A stretch of 64,000 nt of DNA, from assembly GCA_963699585.1 (NCBI GenBank), contig CAVOUK010000002.1:264811-328810 (forward strand), written 5' to 3'. Positions 46,215 to 56,194 of the stretch are shown here, piece by piece. The position numbers and the translations under genes are program-made. Every line of letters starts with the position of its first letter. Position 1 is the first letter of the stretch. This stretch comes from Thermodesulfovibrionia bacterium (GTDB taxonomy: Bacteria; Nitrospirota; Thermodesulfovibrionia; UBA6902). Below the pieces are notes generated by a model. That model saw nothing but the letters and a program-made list of their open reading frames with translations. It ran no database searches and was not told the DNA's origin.

Positions 46215-48322
46215 TAAATCCTCTCCAGATTGGCGAATTTCAGGGAAAGTCTCTTGATGCCGACAGAGGGGAAATTCACCATGACCTTTACATCATCAGT
46301 TTCTCCATAACTGTCCCTGACAACTCCTATACCCCATTTAGGGTGTTTGACCCTTGCCCCGGTTGTAAATGGAGATTTACTCATGATCGACACCGGCATT
46401 CTTACTGTAGATGAAGAAATTGCGGCTGCCCTCGGTCTTTTTTCAATACACTGATAGCAGGCCGCAGGGATCTCTGAAAGAAATCTCGATGGCTGTTGAT
46501 CCTGGACCGATGTGTACAACCTTCTCTTTTTGGCGCCTGTGAGAATAAGCATATCCTGTGCCCTTGTCACGCCGACATAAAACAGCCTTCTTTCCTCGGC
46601 AAGTTCCTCAAGGTCATTTATAGCATGGAAATGTGGTACAAGCCCGTCTTCAAAACCCGCTATGAATACAACAGGAAACTCAAGGCCTTTGGCATTGTGA
46701 AGGGTCATAAGTGAAACCGCGTCATCATCGTGAGATTCATCCATACAGCTGTAAAGCGAAGAAATATCAATGAAAGAATTGATATCCTTGCCTTCAGCAA
46801 AGCTTATAAGTTCCTCTATATGTTCCGCTTTTTCCTCACCTATCCACTTCAGGTAACCGGTTTTCTTGCATACCAGCTTTATCAACTCAGGCAAGGCGTC
46901 TTGCCTATGAGAGATCAGCTCATCAATAACAGTCACAAAGCCGCTGATTTTATCCTTAAGGGCCGTTGTATAAGAATTGCTTTTTAGAATATGCTTCATT
47001 GTACTGTAAAGACTTTCTTCTCTTTTTCTGGCTTCGTTCTCTACTCTTGTAACAGTTGCAACACCTATCTGTCTTGCGGGACAATTTACAATTCTTTTGA
47101 GGCTTACAGAATCATCCGGATTCGCAATAACTTTTATATAGGAGATGATGTCTTTTACCTCTCTCCTTTGAAAAAAACTAATCCCTCCGAATATGCGGTA
47201 TGGCTGCCCATTTTCCCTTAAAGCTTCTTCCATTGCCCTCGACTGCTGGTTCACTCTGTAAAGTACGGCAATGTCCTTATTTGAATATTTCCCCTTAAGG
47301 TATAACTCCTTTATTAAACGTGCTATATACCTGGCCTCTTCAAGTTCATTGCCTGCAATACAGTAATATACTTTCTCGCCATCTCCTCTTTCTGTCCAGA
47401 GCTTTTTAGGCACCCTTGCAGGATTTTGTGCAATAACACTCCCGGCGATATTCAATATATTCCGGGTTGACCTGTAATTCTGTTCGAGCTTTATTATTTT
47501 TACTTTCAAAAATTCCTTTTTAAAAGTATGAATATTTTTTACCTCTGCGCCCCTGAACTTGTAGATACTTTGATCGTCATCTCCAACAGCACAAATGTTT
47601 TTATGTTTTGAAGCAAGGAGCTTTGCAAACCTGTACTGAGAATGGTTTGTATCCTGAAACTCGTCAATCATTATGTGTAAAAATTCATTCTGATATTTCT
47701 TCAGGACAGCCGGGTGCTTATCAAAAAGCTTAACACAGTACATTATCAGATCATCAAAATCAAGGGCATTATTTTTCTTAAGTTCATCCTGGTATCTGAC
47801 ATAAACTCTTGCAAACTTTTCATCAAAACCATAACTGTCTTCATTTGCAAGCAGTTCCGCGGGACCAACGAGAGATGCCTTCAGTGAAGATATCTTCGAT
47901 AAAATGCCTTTATAAAGCGCTTCATGGACTTTAAATTCTTTTAAAATGGACCGGACGATGTTACCGGAATCATCATTATCATAAATGCAGAAATCTTTCC
48001 GGAACCCAAGATGTTCGATCTCTTTCCGCAATATCCTGGCCGACAGGGAATGGAATGTCCCAACCCATAAATCCTTGCTGCACTTCTTTGTAAGGCTCTC
48101 TATCCTTTCCCTCATTTCATCTGCTGCTTTATTGGTAAATGTCATTGCAAGAATCGAAGCATTCGGGACCTTGTGTGCAGTGTTCAGATATGCAAAGCGG
48201 TGCGTAATGACCTTTGTCTTGCCGCTTCCCGCCCCTGCAAGGACCAATAGAGGTCCGCTGTTATGCAATACAGCTTCTTTTTGCTGGACATTAAGATCGT
48301 TCAATAAAGCGTGCTTTGTCAT
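46214..48322 (-). CDS. pcrA: ATP-dependent DNA helicase PcrA/UvrD
   Basis: AGAGSGKT, TFTNKAA, DEFQDTN, YRS, TLHNAKGLEF, VGVTRA. Confidence 0.9.
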   Translation of the reverse strand: MTKHALLNDLNVQQKEAVLHNSGPLLVLAGAGSGKTKVITHRFAYLNTAHKVPNASILAMTFTNKAADEMRERIESLTKKCSKDLWVGTFHSLSARILRKEIEHLGFRKDFCIYDNDDSGNIVRSILKEFKVHEALYKGILSKISSLKASLVGPAELLANEDSYGFDEKFARVYVRYQDELKKNNALDFDDLIMYCVKLFDKHPAVLKKYQNEFLHIMIDEFQDTNHSQYRFAKLLASKHKNICAVGDDDQSIYKFRGAEVKNIHTFKKEFLKVKIIKLEQNYRSTRNILNIAGSVIAQNPARVPKKLWTERGDGEKVYYCIAGNELEEARYIARLIKELYLKGKYSNKDIAVLYRVNQQSRAMEEALRENGQPYRIFGGISFFQRREVKDIISYIKVIANPDDSVSLKRIVNCPARQIGVATVTRVENEARKREESLYSTMKHILKSNSYTTALKDKISGFVTVIDELISHRQDALPELIKLVCKKTGYLKWIGEEKAEHIEELISFAEGKDINSFIDISSLYSCMDESHDDDAVSLMTLHNAKGLEFPVVFIAGFEDGLVPHFHAINDLEELAEERRLFYVGVTRAQDMLILTGAKKRRLYTSVQDQQPSRFLSEIPAACYQCIEKRPRAAAISSSTVRMPVSIMSKSPFTTGARVKHPKWGIGVVRDSYGETDDVKVMVNFPSVGIKRLSLKFANLERI

Positions 48323-48527
48323 GCGACCCCCTGTGGTAAATTTCCTGATAAACTACTATATGGAAGCTACACCTACCAATTAAGATGTTTTATTATATCA
48401 GATGTGATCGAAAATTGTTACCTGTTTATGAGGGAATTGGTAAAATTTATAATGTGTTGTCAACGGAGAACGGAAGCCGGAATGACAGAGTTCAAGTAAT
48501 TGCTTGCCGGTCAATATTTAACGCTAT

Positions 48528-50360
48528 TTACTCAACCGTTACACTCTTTGCGAGATTTCTTGGCTGATCAACATTACATTTCCTAAGCACAGCTATATGG
48601 TACGCCAGTAAATGAAGCGGGATGGAAAAAATAATTGGCGTAAGATAGTAGTTTGTTTTTGGCATAGACAGTATATGCGACGTGCGTGAAAGGACTTTTG
48701 TGTTGCCTTCTGTTGCAACCGCAATAACCTTCCCGCCCCTGCTTTTTACCTCTTCCATATTTGAAAGTATCTTTTCCAGTACATTATCATCCGGCGCCAG
48801 TGCCAGCACAGGCATTTCATTATCAATAAGCGCTATCGGTCCGTGTTTCATCTCGCCTGCCGGATATCCTTCTGCATGAATGTATGATATTTCTTTTAAT
48901 TTCAGTGCGCCTTCAAGAGCAATAGGGTAATTTATTCCTCTGCCTAGATAGAGAAAATCCCTGACACGATAAAACTGTTTTGCTATTTTTAATACGGCAT
49001 TGTTCAAAAGCAGGGACTTCTCAACCTTTTCAGGAAGCTGGAGAAGTTCGTTAAACAGATCTCTTATTTCATCAGGACCGATCTTGCCCTTTGCCTTTGC
49101 AAGCGCAATTGAGAAGAGGTAAAGCCCTGTTAGCTGGGTGGTAAAAGCCTTTGTTGAGGCAACACCTATTTCGGGTCCTGAGTGAGTATAAAATACACTG
49201 TCGGCTTCCCTGGCTGATGTGCTGCCAACCACATTGCAGATGCTGAGGACCTTTGCACCCAGCTTCTGAGATTCCTTCTGGGCTGCAAGCGTATCCGCGG
49301 TTTCTCCCGATTGGGTGATAACAATCACTAAACTGCCTTTGGGGATAAGCGGCTTCCTGTATCTGAATTCTGAAGCAATATCAACCTCACACGGCACTCT
49401 TGCCATCTCTTCGATCATGTATTTCCCAACGAGCGCTGCATGCCAGGAAGTGCCGCAGGCAACAAGGAATATTTTGTTCATTTTTTTCAGATCACTTTCT
49501 CTCATTGAAAACTCTTCAAGGTTCACCTCGGCCTTTTCAAGAGAGAATCTTCCCCTTATTGTATCTGCAATCGCCCTGGGCTGTTCATGTATCTCTTTGA
49601 GCATAAAATGCCTGTAACCGCTTTTTTCAGCCATAGTCGAAGTCCAGTCAATCCTTGTAATTTCTTTTTTTAACGGCTTACTGTTATTTATACTGGAAAT
49701 TGAAACCCCTTTATGGGTAATTGAGGCCATCTCGCCATTATCAAGAATTATCACGTCTTTCGTGTATTTAAGAAACGCCGGGATATCCGAAGCAATAAAA
49801 AATTCTCCGTCACCAATTCCGAGTACAAGAGGACTGTCCTTTTTTATAGCAAGAATTTTCTCCGGCTCTTTCTCATTGATAATTCCGATCGCATAAGCGC
49901 CTTCCACATGCTTCAAAGCCTCCCGTGTTGCAGTCTCAAAATCAAGTCCCTTTTGTGAATAGCGGTGGATAAGATGACAAATAACTTCAGTATCGGTATC
50001 AGATGTAAAAACGTGTCCCTTTTTCTTCAGCTCTTCCTTCAGCTCAAAATAGTTCTCAATAATTCCGTTATGTACTAAAACTATTCCTCCGGCCCTGTGA
50101 GGATGTGCATTTTCTTCAGAAGGCCTGCCATGTGTGGCCCACCTGGTATGTCCCAATCCTGCAATGCTTTTAAGTTTTTCTCCCTTTATGAAAGCTTCCA
50201 GATCTTTTATCTTCCCGGCACAGCGTCTGACCTCTATCCTGTTATCTTTAAAAAATGCTATACCGGCAGAATCATATCCCCTGTATTCCAGACGCTTCAG
50301 CCCGTTAATTAATACCGGGATAGCGTTTCTTTTCCCTATGTAACCTATTATTCCGCACAT
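48528..50360 (-). CDS. glmS: glutamine-fructose-6-phosphate aminotransferase
   Basis: MCGIIGYIG..., two SIS domains, C-terminal ...AKSVTVE. Confidence 0.95.
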   Translation of the reverse strand: MCGIIGYIGKRNAIPVLINGLKRLEYRGYDSAGIAFFKDNRIEVRRCAGKIKDLEAFIKGEKLKSIAGLGHTRWATHGRPSEENAHPHRAGGIVLVHNGIIENYFELKEELKKKGHVFTSDTDTEVICHLIHRYSQKGLDFETATREALKHVEGAYAIGIINEKEPEKILAIKKDSPLVLGIGDGEFFIASDIPAFLKYTKDVIILDNGEMASITHKGVSISSINNSKPLKKEITRIDWTSTMAEKSGYRHFMLKEIHEQPRAIADTIRGRFSLEKAEVNLEEFSMRESDLKKMNKIFLVACGTSWHAALVGKYMIEEMARVPCEVDIASEFRYRKPLIPKGSLVIVITQSGETADTLAAQKESQKLGAKVLSICNVVGSTSAREADSVFYTHSGPEIGVASTKAFTTQLTGLYLFSIALAKAKGKIGPDEIRDLFNELLQLPEKVEKSLLLNNAVLKIAKQFYRVRDFLYLGRGINYPIALEGALKLKEISYIHAEGYPAGEMKHGPIALIDNEMPVLALAPDDNVLEKILSNMEEVKSRGGKVIAVATEGNTKVLSRTSHILSMPKTNYYLTPIIFSIPLHLLAYHIAVLRKCNVDQPRNLAKSVTVE

Positions 50361-50365
50361 ATAAA

Positions 50366-50397
50366 AGTAGTCAGTAGTCAGTAGTCAGTAGTCAGTC
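50366..50397. repeat. heptamer microsatellite (AGTCAGT) about x4.5, starting 6 nt upstream of the glmS start
   Basis: AGTAGTCAGTAGTCAGTAGTCAGTAGTCAGTCG, read directly. It lies where an SD would be expected, and I see no obvious SD. Confidence 0.8.
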
Positions 50398-50437
50398 GAA
50401 AAAGCAATAAACTTTTCTCCCTGCTACTATCTTCTAA

Positions 50438-51844
50438 TTACTTTTTCCCTCCTTTCACTTCCGCACTTCTGCTCTTCTGCACTTCTCTCCTTCTTTTCAC
50501 CCAGTTCTCAAGGTTTTGCTGTTTTACCCTGCTTATCGCAAGAGAGCCGGCAGGGACATCTTTTGTTACTGTAGCGCCGGCTGCAACATACGACCCCTTG
50601 CCGATTTTAACAGGAGCGACAAGCTGGGAATCACTTCCGATAAAAACGTCTGACTCAATTGTTGTCTGAAACTTGTTCTTCCCATCATAGTTACAGGTTA
50701 TTGTGCCTGCACCGATATTCACATCTTTTCCAATAACAGCATCACCGATATATGATAAATGAGACGCCTTTGTGCCGTTGCCAATGCTGGATTTTTTAGT
50801 TTCAACAAAGTTCCCTATCTTAACATTACGGCCTATTATGCTGTGGGGCCTCAGATGCGCAAACGGTCCGATTACAGCTCCGTACCCGACCCTGCTTTTC
50901 TCTATCATAGTGTTATCTTTAACAATAACGCCGTCTCCAATGATACTGTTATTTATTCTGGATCCGGGGGATATAATGCAGTTATTGCCGATTTTAGTCA
51001 GTCCTTCAAGATATGTATTTGGATAAATGATCGTGTCTTTGCCGACTGATACCGACGGATGCACAAAAGATGTATTCGGGTCCACGAAGGTAACGCCTCT
51101 GTCCATCAATTTTGCTATTGTTCTCCTTCTGATAATATCCGAAATCTCATACAATTCCCTTCTGTTATTTACACCCCTGATATCCTCTGAAGGACAAATA
51201 TATGCATTAAGTCTCTTGCCTTCTCTGGAAACAATGCCGATGATGTCTGTCAGATAATATTCGCCCGAAGCACGGTTCTTTTTGATTTTATCAAGATAAT
51301 TCAGGGCCTCAGTTCCCAGGATATAAACACCGCTGTTCAATTCCTTAAACTTATTCTTTTCTTCAGCTGTCGCATGTTTATCCTCGACGATCCCCCTGAC
51401 TTTTCCTTTTTCATCACGCAGGACCCTTCCATAACCCGGCATTGAGTCATCTGTGAATGAAAGGAAAGAGACAATGTTCTTATCTTTCTTATGTTTTTCA
51501 ATAAGCATATTAAGTGTCTTTGTTGTAATAAGAGGACAATCGCCGTTAAGGACCAGGACTACTCCCTTTTTTAATTCTTTTCTGGCAGTTGCAAGCGCAT
51601 CACCTGTACCCAGAAGTTTTTTCTGTATAACAAAAGACAGCTGGTCTTCAGCCGCTAACCGTTTTTTAACTGCATCTGCGCCATTGCCGATAACAACAAT
51701 GATCTTTTGAGGTTTCAATGATTTTACAGCATCAACGGCATACTGCAGCATGGGTCTGCCCAAAACTTCATGAAGAACTTTGGGAATGTTGGAATTCATC
51801 CTCTTTCCAAGGCCTGCAGCAAGAATAACAACAGATAAATTCAT
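50438..51844 (-). CDS. glmU: bifunctional UDP-GlcNAc pyrophosphorylase / GlcN-1-P acetyltransferase
   Basis: VVILAAGLGKRM from M at 51844. Left-handed beta-helix hexapeptide repeats in the C-terminal half. Confidence 0.9.
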   Translation of the reverse strand: MNLSVVILAAGLGKRMNSNIPKVLHEVLGRPMLQYAVDAVKSLKPQKIIVVIGNGADAVKKRLAAEDQLSFVIQKKLLGTGDALATARKELKKGVVLVLNGDCPLITTKTLNMLIEKHKKDKNIVSFLSFTDDSMPGYGRVLRDEKGKVRGIVEDKHATAEEKNKFKELNSGVYILGTEALNYLDKIKKNRASGEYYLTDIIGIVSREGKRLNAYICPSEDIRGVNNRRELYEISDIIRRRTIAKLMDRGVTFVDPNTSFVHPSVSVGKDTIIYPNTYLEGLTKIGNNCIISPGSRINNSIIGDGVIVKDNTMIEKSRVGYGAVIGPFAHLRPHSIIGRNVKIGNFVETKKSSIGNGTKASHLSYIGDAVIGKDVNIGAGTITCNYDGKNKFQTTIESDVFIGSDSQLVAPVKIGKGSYVAAGATVTKDVPAGSLAISRVKQQNLENWVKRRREVQKSRSAEVKGGKK

Positions 51845-51879
51845 TTTGTATGATAATCCTTTCAACGATATGATTGCAA

Positions 51880-52983
51880 TTATAACTGCATATATTCCTT
51901 CAAAAGTGCAGGATACATGGAAGGATTGAATAAAATATTTGTCATAAAATAACATTCATGCGTGCAGTAACAATCTTTGTCCTTAATGGAACGCAGATAT
52001 TTTTGCGCCTTATCGTTTTTTAATATTTTTACCAGGTCATAATTATTATACCTCACATTGCCCATCCCCATAGTAAAAGATTCGCAGGGATAAACTTCTC
52101 CTGTCTCCGTCAGAACAAGGTTTAATCTGCCGGCATAACACGGGATGAGCTGCTTTTTCTGTTTCAGCGTATTATAAATCATCCTGCGCTGCAATATGTC
52201 CTGGGCCGCCTTGAGTTTTGCGCCATTAAAATTATATATCCCGGATATTTTCTGTTTTAAATTTGACGCCAGCCTGTCAATGGTTTTATGATACTTTTCG
52301 CTGTCAATATCTTTCAGCTCCTTATCCGAAACTGTTCCCCTGATCAGAGATACCGTGTGGGTCCGGATCCCTTCCAGTCCATTAACAAAATCTATAAGTT
52401 CATCCATATAATCCTGATTTACGGAACTGAACACAGTATTTATTCCGAGATCAAAATGCGGATATTTATCAAGTAATGGCCTTAGCGTCCTGTAAGTCTG
52501 AATGGTTTTTTGAAAGCTCCCTTTCATGCCCCTGATAGAGTCATGCAGATCTTGCAATCCCTCAAGAGAAAGCTTTACTACAATGGTGCTTTTCCTGCAA
52601 TAATCCAGGATCTCCTCAATTTTCTCTTTTATAACATCGGTAAGAAGTCCGTTTGTGGGAAAGAGTATTATGGCAGGCCTGTTTCTTTCATAAAATATCT
52701 TTGTTATCTCAACTATATCGCTTCTCAAAAATATTTCGCCTCCGGAAAATGCAAGCCAAAGCAGTTTTCCGAGCGAAGAAGATATTTTTTCTATCTCATC
52801 AAGTGATAGTTCAGTGTCGCCATTATCCCGGGCAGAAGGAGAGATGGCCTCCCTGTCTCCAGAAAGATAGAAGCAGAAAGGGCATCTCAGATTACACCTT
52901 CTGGTAAGAAAAAAGGTGAGCTGAATGGGATTACTTTTCCAGAATACTGAATCTATATGACGAAAAGGAGAATACATAATCAA
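51880..52983 (-). CDS. radical SAM protein with SPASM-like Cys-rich C-terminus
   Basis: LTRRCNLRCPFCF (CxxxCxxC). C-terminal CYAG...PCE...CYCTHEC. Confidence 0.75.
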   Translation of the reverse strand: MIMYSPFRHIDSVFWKSNPIQLTFFLTRRCNLRCPFCFYLSGDREAISPSARDNGDTELSLDEIEKISSSLGKLLWLAFSGGEIFLRSDIVEITKIFYERNRPAIILFPTNGLLTDVIKEKIEEILDYCRKSTIVVKLSLEGLQDLHDSIRGMKGSFQKTIQTYRTLRPLLDKYPHFDLGINTVFSSVNQDYMDELIDFVNGLEGIRTHTVSLIRGTVSDKELKDIDSEKYHKTIDRLASNLKQKISGIYNFNGAKLKAAQDILQRRMIYNTLKQKKQLIPCYAGRLNLVLTETGEVYPCESFTMGMGNVRYNNYDLVKILKNDKAQKYLRSIKDKDCYCTHECYFMTNILFNPSMYPALLKEYMQL

Positions 52984-53018
52984 AATTTAATAACTATAAT
53001 ATCCGCAGGTTTCACAGA

Positions 53019-54072
53019 TTATCCATTGCTTTCTTTACTAAGGAACATGTGCTTCAATCTGCGGATTAAAGAAAAATATTCCATCACTCCGGCAATCGTT
53101 CCCGATCCGACAGGAAGAGGATAAAGCATTGTATAAAACAAAAATGCCTGCACACCAAACAGGACCCCTTTTGTTTCATGGAATGTCTTCAACAATCGCC
53201 TGCTTATAAATATATTTAGTATAAGGATAAACTGAAAGAAATACATGATTATCGGTTTTCGAACAATAATCCAGAGAATTACACTGATCATACCTAAAAA
53301 ACAACAAACAACATTCGTCTTTAATTCTGTTGAAGCTGAACCGGAGTCGGTCAACAGATCTTTGTTCCTGAGCGAATACATAACCCAGTACTTCGTTTTC
53401 CTGAAAGCGTTGCGCATTGATTTCAAAAAGGTAAAGTTAAATATATGCTGGACCTGTATTTCCGGATTTACAACAAGTTTAAAACCTGATCTTTTCAAAC
53501 GATGAGTAAATTCAACGTCTTCTATGATCGGCAAAAAGTCTTCCGGAAACCCTTCACTCTCTTTAAATGCCTCTGCACTGATGATCATTGCATGGGCAGC
53601 AATATAATCAGGATTAACGGTCCTTGTTTCAGAATAATTTACAAATACTGACTGAAAGATACTGAAAAAACCTTTGTCATAAGGTAGTTTGGTATATGTG
53701 CCGCCGATAACGACCCCATCCTGCTTCCCACTGACAATGGTGGGGTCGATGGAGTAATGACAGAATGGTCCTGTTCACAATCGACAGCGTATCTCTCTGG
53801 AGGAGACAGTCGGCATCTATGAAGAAGATGAACTCTCCGCCGCTGTCTTTCCCGCCGGTATTCCTTGCCTTTGAAGTCCCCGCATGATTTTCGAGGCAGA
53901 TCAATTTACAGGGGTACTGTTTTATAATTTCAACCGAATGGTCTTCAGACTTATCGTCAACCACAATAACTTCATAGTTGCCGTATTGTGAATCAAAGGC
54001 GGCCTCCAGACATTTACCGATCGTAGCCGCATTGTTGTAGTTAGGGATAACAACAGATATACGTTTTTCCAT
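53019..54072 (-). CDS. GT2-family glycosyltransferase with C-terminal membrane region, frameshifted near 53772
   Basis: ISVVIPNYNNA...VIVVDDKSED...FIDADC in ORF 53677-54072. The continuation GPFCHYSIDP...EDVEFTHRLKRSGFK... is in the frame of ORF 53019-53588. Confidence 0.75.
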
Positions 54073-54185
54073 ATCAATCGTTTATTATAATATATACAAT
54101 GCAGGGATTATGGCGGGCAGATAAAATTGACAAATTATTTGTATAATTCTAAATTATAAACAAAATCCAAATTTTCGAGGTATAA

Positions 54186-55448
54186 ATGCTACAGGGAATA
54201 GAACAACTGTCACCTACTACAAAAAAACTGACAATTAACATCCCTTCTGATGTTATTAAATCTGAAACAAACGCTGTTTACAATAAAATCAGGGCTACAT
54301 CTAAAATACCCGGCTTCAGGCCCGGTAAGGCCCCGCAGGCGATCCTCGAAAATAAGTACAGTAAAAACGTTGAAGCCGAAGTGATAGAAAAAATCATTCC
54401 GGAGTTTTACATGAAAGCGATCAAAGAAGCAGATATTGAGCCTGTCAGCTATCCTCATATAGATGATAAAATAGAATTAGTGCCCGGCCAGCCCCTTTCC
54501 TTTACTGTTACCATTGAGGTAAAACCCGAAATAGGAGAGCTGAAATATCAGGGTATTGCACTTAATGAAAAAACTTTTACTGTCGAAAATGATGAAGTAG
54601 AAAAAACACTGCATTTAATGCAGGAAAGCAAGGCATTATATTCGGTTACTGAAGATGCTCTGAAAGAAGATGACATGGCCATTATCAATACTGACGCATA
54701 TATTGCGGACAACTTAAATGAAGAATTATCTTATAAGGATTATCCTTTAGTTCTTAATCCTGAATCAATGCCAAAAGAGTTCATTGACGCCTTAATAGGG
54801 AAGAAAAAAGGTGAGTCTGCCGAAGTAAAGTTAAATTTTGAAAATGATCATCCAAATAAAACAATAGCCGGAAAGGAAGTGTTGTTTAAAGTGCACATAA
54901 CGGAAGCAAAGAAAAAGAACATACCTCCATTAGATGACGATTTTGCAAAAGAAGCTAACTGCGGCACTATTGAAGAGCTTAAAAATAAAATAAAAGACAA
55001 TCTCAGCAAAATGAAAAAAATTCAGATAAATCTTGAATATAAAAAAGATATCCTGAATGAGCTTATCAAGGCGCATACCTTTGATGTTCCTAATTCCATG
55101 GTAGAGGGAGAGATTGATTCCCTGATATTTAAAGCGAAACAGGATGCCGAAAAGAAGGGTGGACCCCTTAAGGCTGACGAAGAATTAAAAAGAGAGTATG
55201 AAACGACTGCAAGAGACAATGTTAAAAGCGTACTTCTTCTGGAAGCCATAGGTAAAAAGGAAAAAATCGAAGCAACTGAAGATGATATTAAAAAAGCGAT
55301 TAATGAGACAGCCGTCCGGAACAACCTTAAACCCGAAGAAGTCACAAAGCTGTACTCTGCAAGAGAAGGTTCCATAGAAGCGCTTAAGAGCAGGTTATTT
55401 GCTGACAAAGTTCTTGATTTCATATTAGAGAAAGCGACCATACAGTAG
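54186..55448 (+). CDS. tig: trigger factor
   Basis: IPGFRPGKAPQAILE signature, 420 aa, upstream of clpP-clpX. Confidence 0.9.
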   Translation: MLQGIEQLSPTTKKLTINIPSDVIKSETNAVYNKIRATSKIPGFRPGKAPQAILENKYSKNVEAEVIEKIIPEFYMKAIKEADIEPVSYPHIDDKIELVPGQPLSFTVTIEVKPEIGELKYQGIALNEKTFTVENDEVEKTLHLMQESKALYSVTEDALKEDDMAIINTDAYIADNLNEELSYKDYPLVLNPESMPKEFIDALIGKKKGESAEVKLNFENDHPNKTIAGKEVLFKVHITEAKKKNIPPLDDDFAKEANCGTIEELKNKIKDNLSKMKKIQINLEYKKDILNELIKAHTFDVPNSMVEGEIDSLIFKAKQDAEKKGGPLKADEELKREYETTARDNVKSVLLLEAIGKKEKIEATEDDIKKAINETAVRNNLKPEEVTKLYSAREGSIEALKSRLFADKVLDFILEKATIQ

Positions 55449-55471
55449 GGCATATTGCAATATGCCCCTAC
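55445..55471. repeat. GTAGGG(G)CA...TGCCCCTAC palindrome overlapping the tig stop codon
   Basis: GTAGGGCATATTGCAATATGCCCCTAC. The tig TAG (55446-55448) lies in the left arm. It is related to 22095-22122. Confidence 0.65.
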
Positions 55472-55492
55472 ATTAATTAAAAAGGAGAGGAT

Positions 55493-56194
55493 ATGAGTTT
55501 AATACCCATTGTAATTGAACAAACCGGAAGGTCGGAGAGGGCCTATGATATATATTCCAGGCTGCTGAAAGACAGGATCGTATTTATCGGCAGCGCTATA
55601 GATGACATAGTCTCAAATACCGTTATTGCCCAGTTGCTATTTCTTCAGACCGAAGACCACGAAAAAGATATCAATATATATATAAACTCCCCGGGTGGCG
55701 TTGTTTCTTCAGGGCTGGCCATATACGATACCATGCAGTATATCAAACCTGATATTGCAGCTTATTGCATCGGGCAGGCTGCCAGTATGGGAGCGCTACT
55801 GCTGACCGCTGCCACCAAAGGGAAAAGATTTGTCCTTCCTAATTCCCGTATAATGATCCACCAACCCATCGGAGGATTCCATGGTCAGGCAACAGATGTG
55901 GAGATTCATGCCAGGGAAATGCTGAGGATGAAAGATACTCTCAATAAAATTCTTGCAAAACATACCGGCCAGTCCCTTGAAAAAATACAGATCGACACTG
56001 AAAGGGACTATTTCATGTCTTCTCATGAGGCAAAAGAGTACGGACTCGTTGATGAAGTAATAGAGACTTTAAAAAAACAGGGAATGAGTTCTAGTTTTAA
56101 TCGGATTCGAAGCTCGGGAATTATCGGAAGATTCGGACAAGCCGGAATGACTCCGGGAATGACGACAAGAATATTTAAAACGGAGTCATTATGA
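55493..56194 (+). CDS. clpP: ATP-dependent Clp protease proteolytic subunit, with a C-terminal extension of about 35 aa read through a repeat element
   Basis: [14 protein letters not shown]...[11 protein letters not shown]...MIHQP. Normal ClpP homology ends around ...GLVDEVIE at about 56070-56090. Confidence 0.9.
   Translation: MSLIPIVIEQTGRSERAYDIYSRLLKDRIVFIGSAIDDIVSNTVIAQLLFLQTEDHEKDINIYINSPGGVVSSGLAIYDTMQYIKPDIAAYCIGQAASMGALLLTAATKGKRFVLPNSRIMIHQPIGGFHGQATDVEIHAREMLRMKDTLNKILAKHTGQSLEKIQIDTERDYFMSSHEAKEYGLVDEVIETLKKQGMSSSFNRIRSSGIIGRFGQAGMTPGMTTRIFKTESL
56116..56163. repeat. REP/MITE-like element fragment (…TTCGGACAAGCCGGAATGAC…GGGAATGAC) inside the clpP 3' end
   Basis: It shares CGGACAAGCCGGAATGAC with the right arm of the 62640-62697 copy, allowing a 1-nt difference, and with 43769-43790 in a more degenerate form. 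Confidence 0.6.

Noticed and set aside
23814-50397. Heptamer arrays and the other short repeats considered as CRISPR arrays.
   Set aside because: The units are 7 nt and directly tandem with no spacers. The other repeat families are single palindromic elements. No cas genes are present.
50361-50437. glmS ribozyme upstream of glmS.
   Set aside because: The spacer is only 77 nt and is mostly occupied by the heptamer array. That is far too short, and it lacks the conserved ribozyme core.
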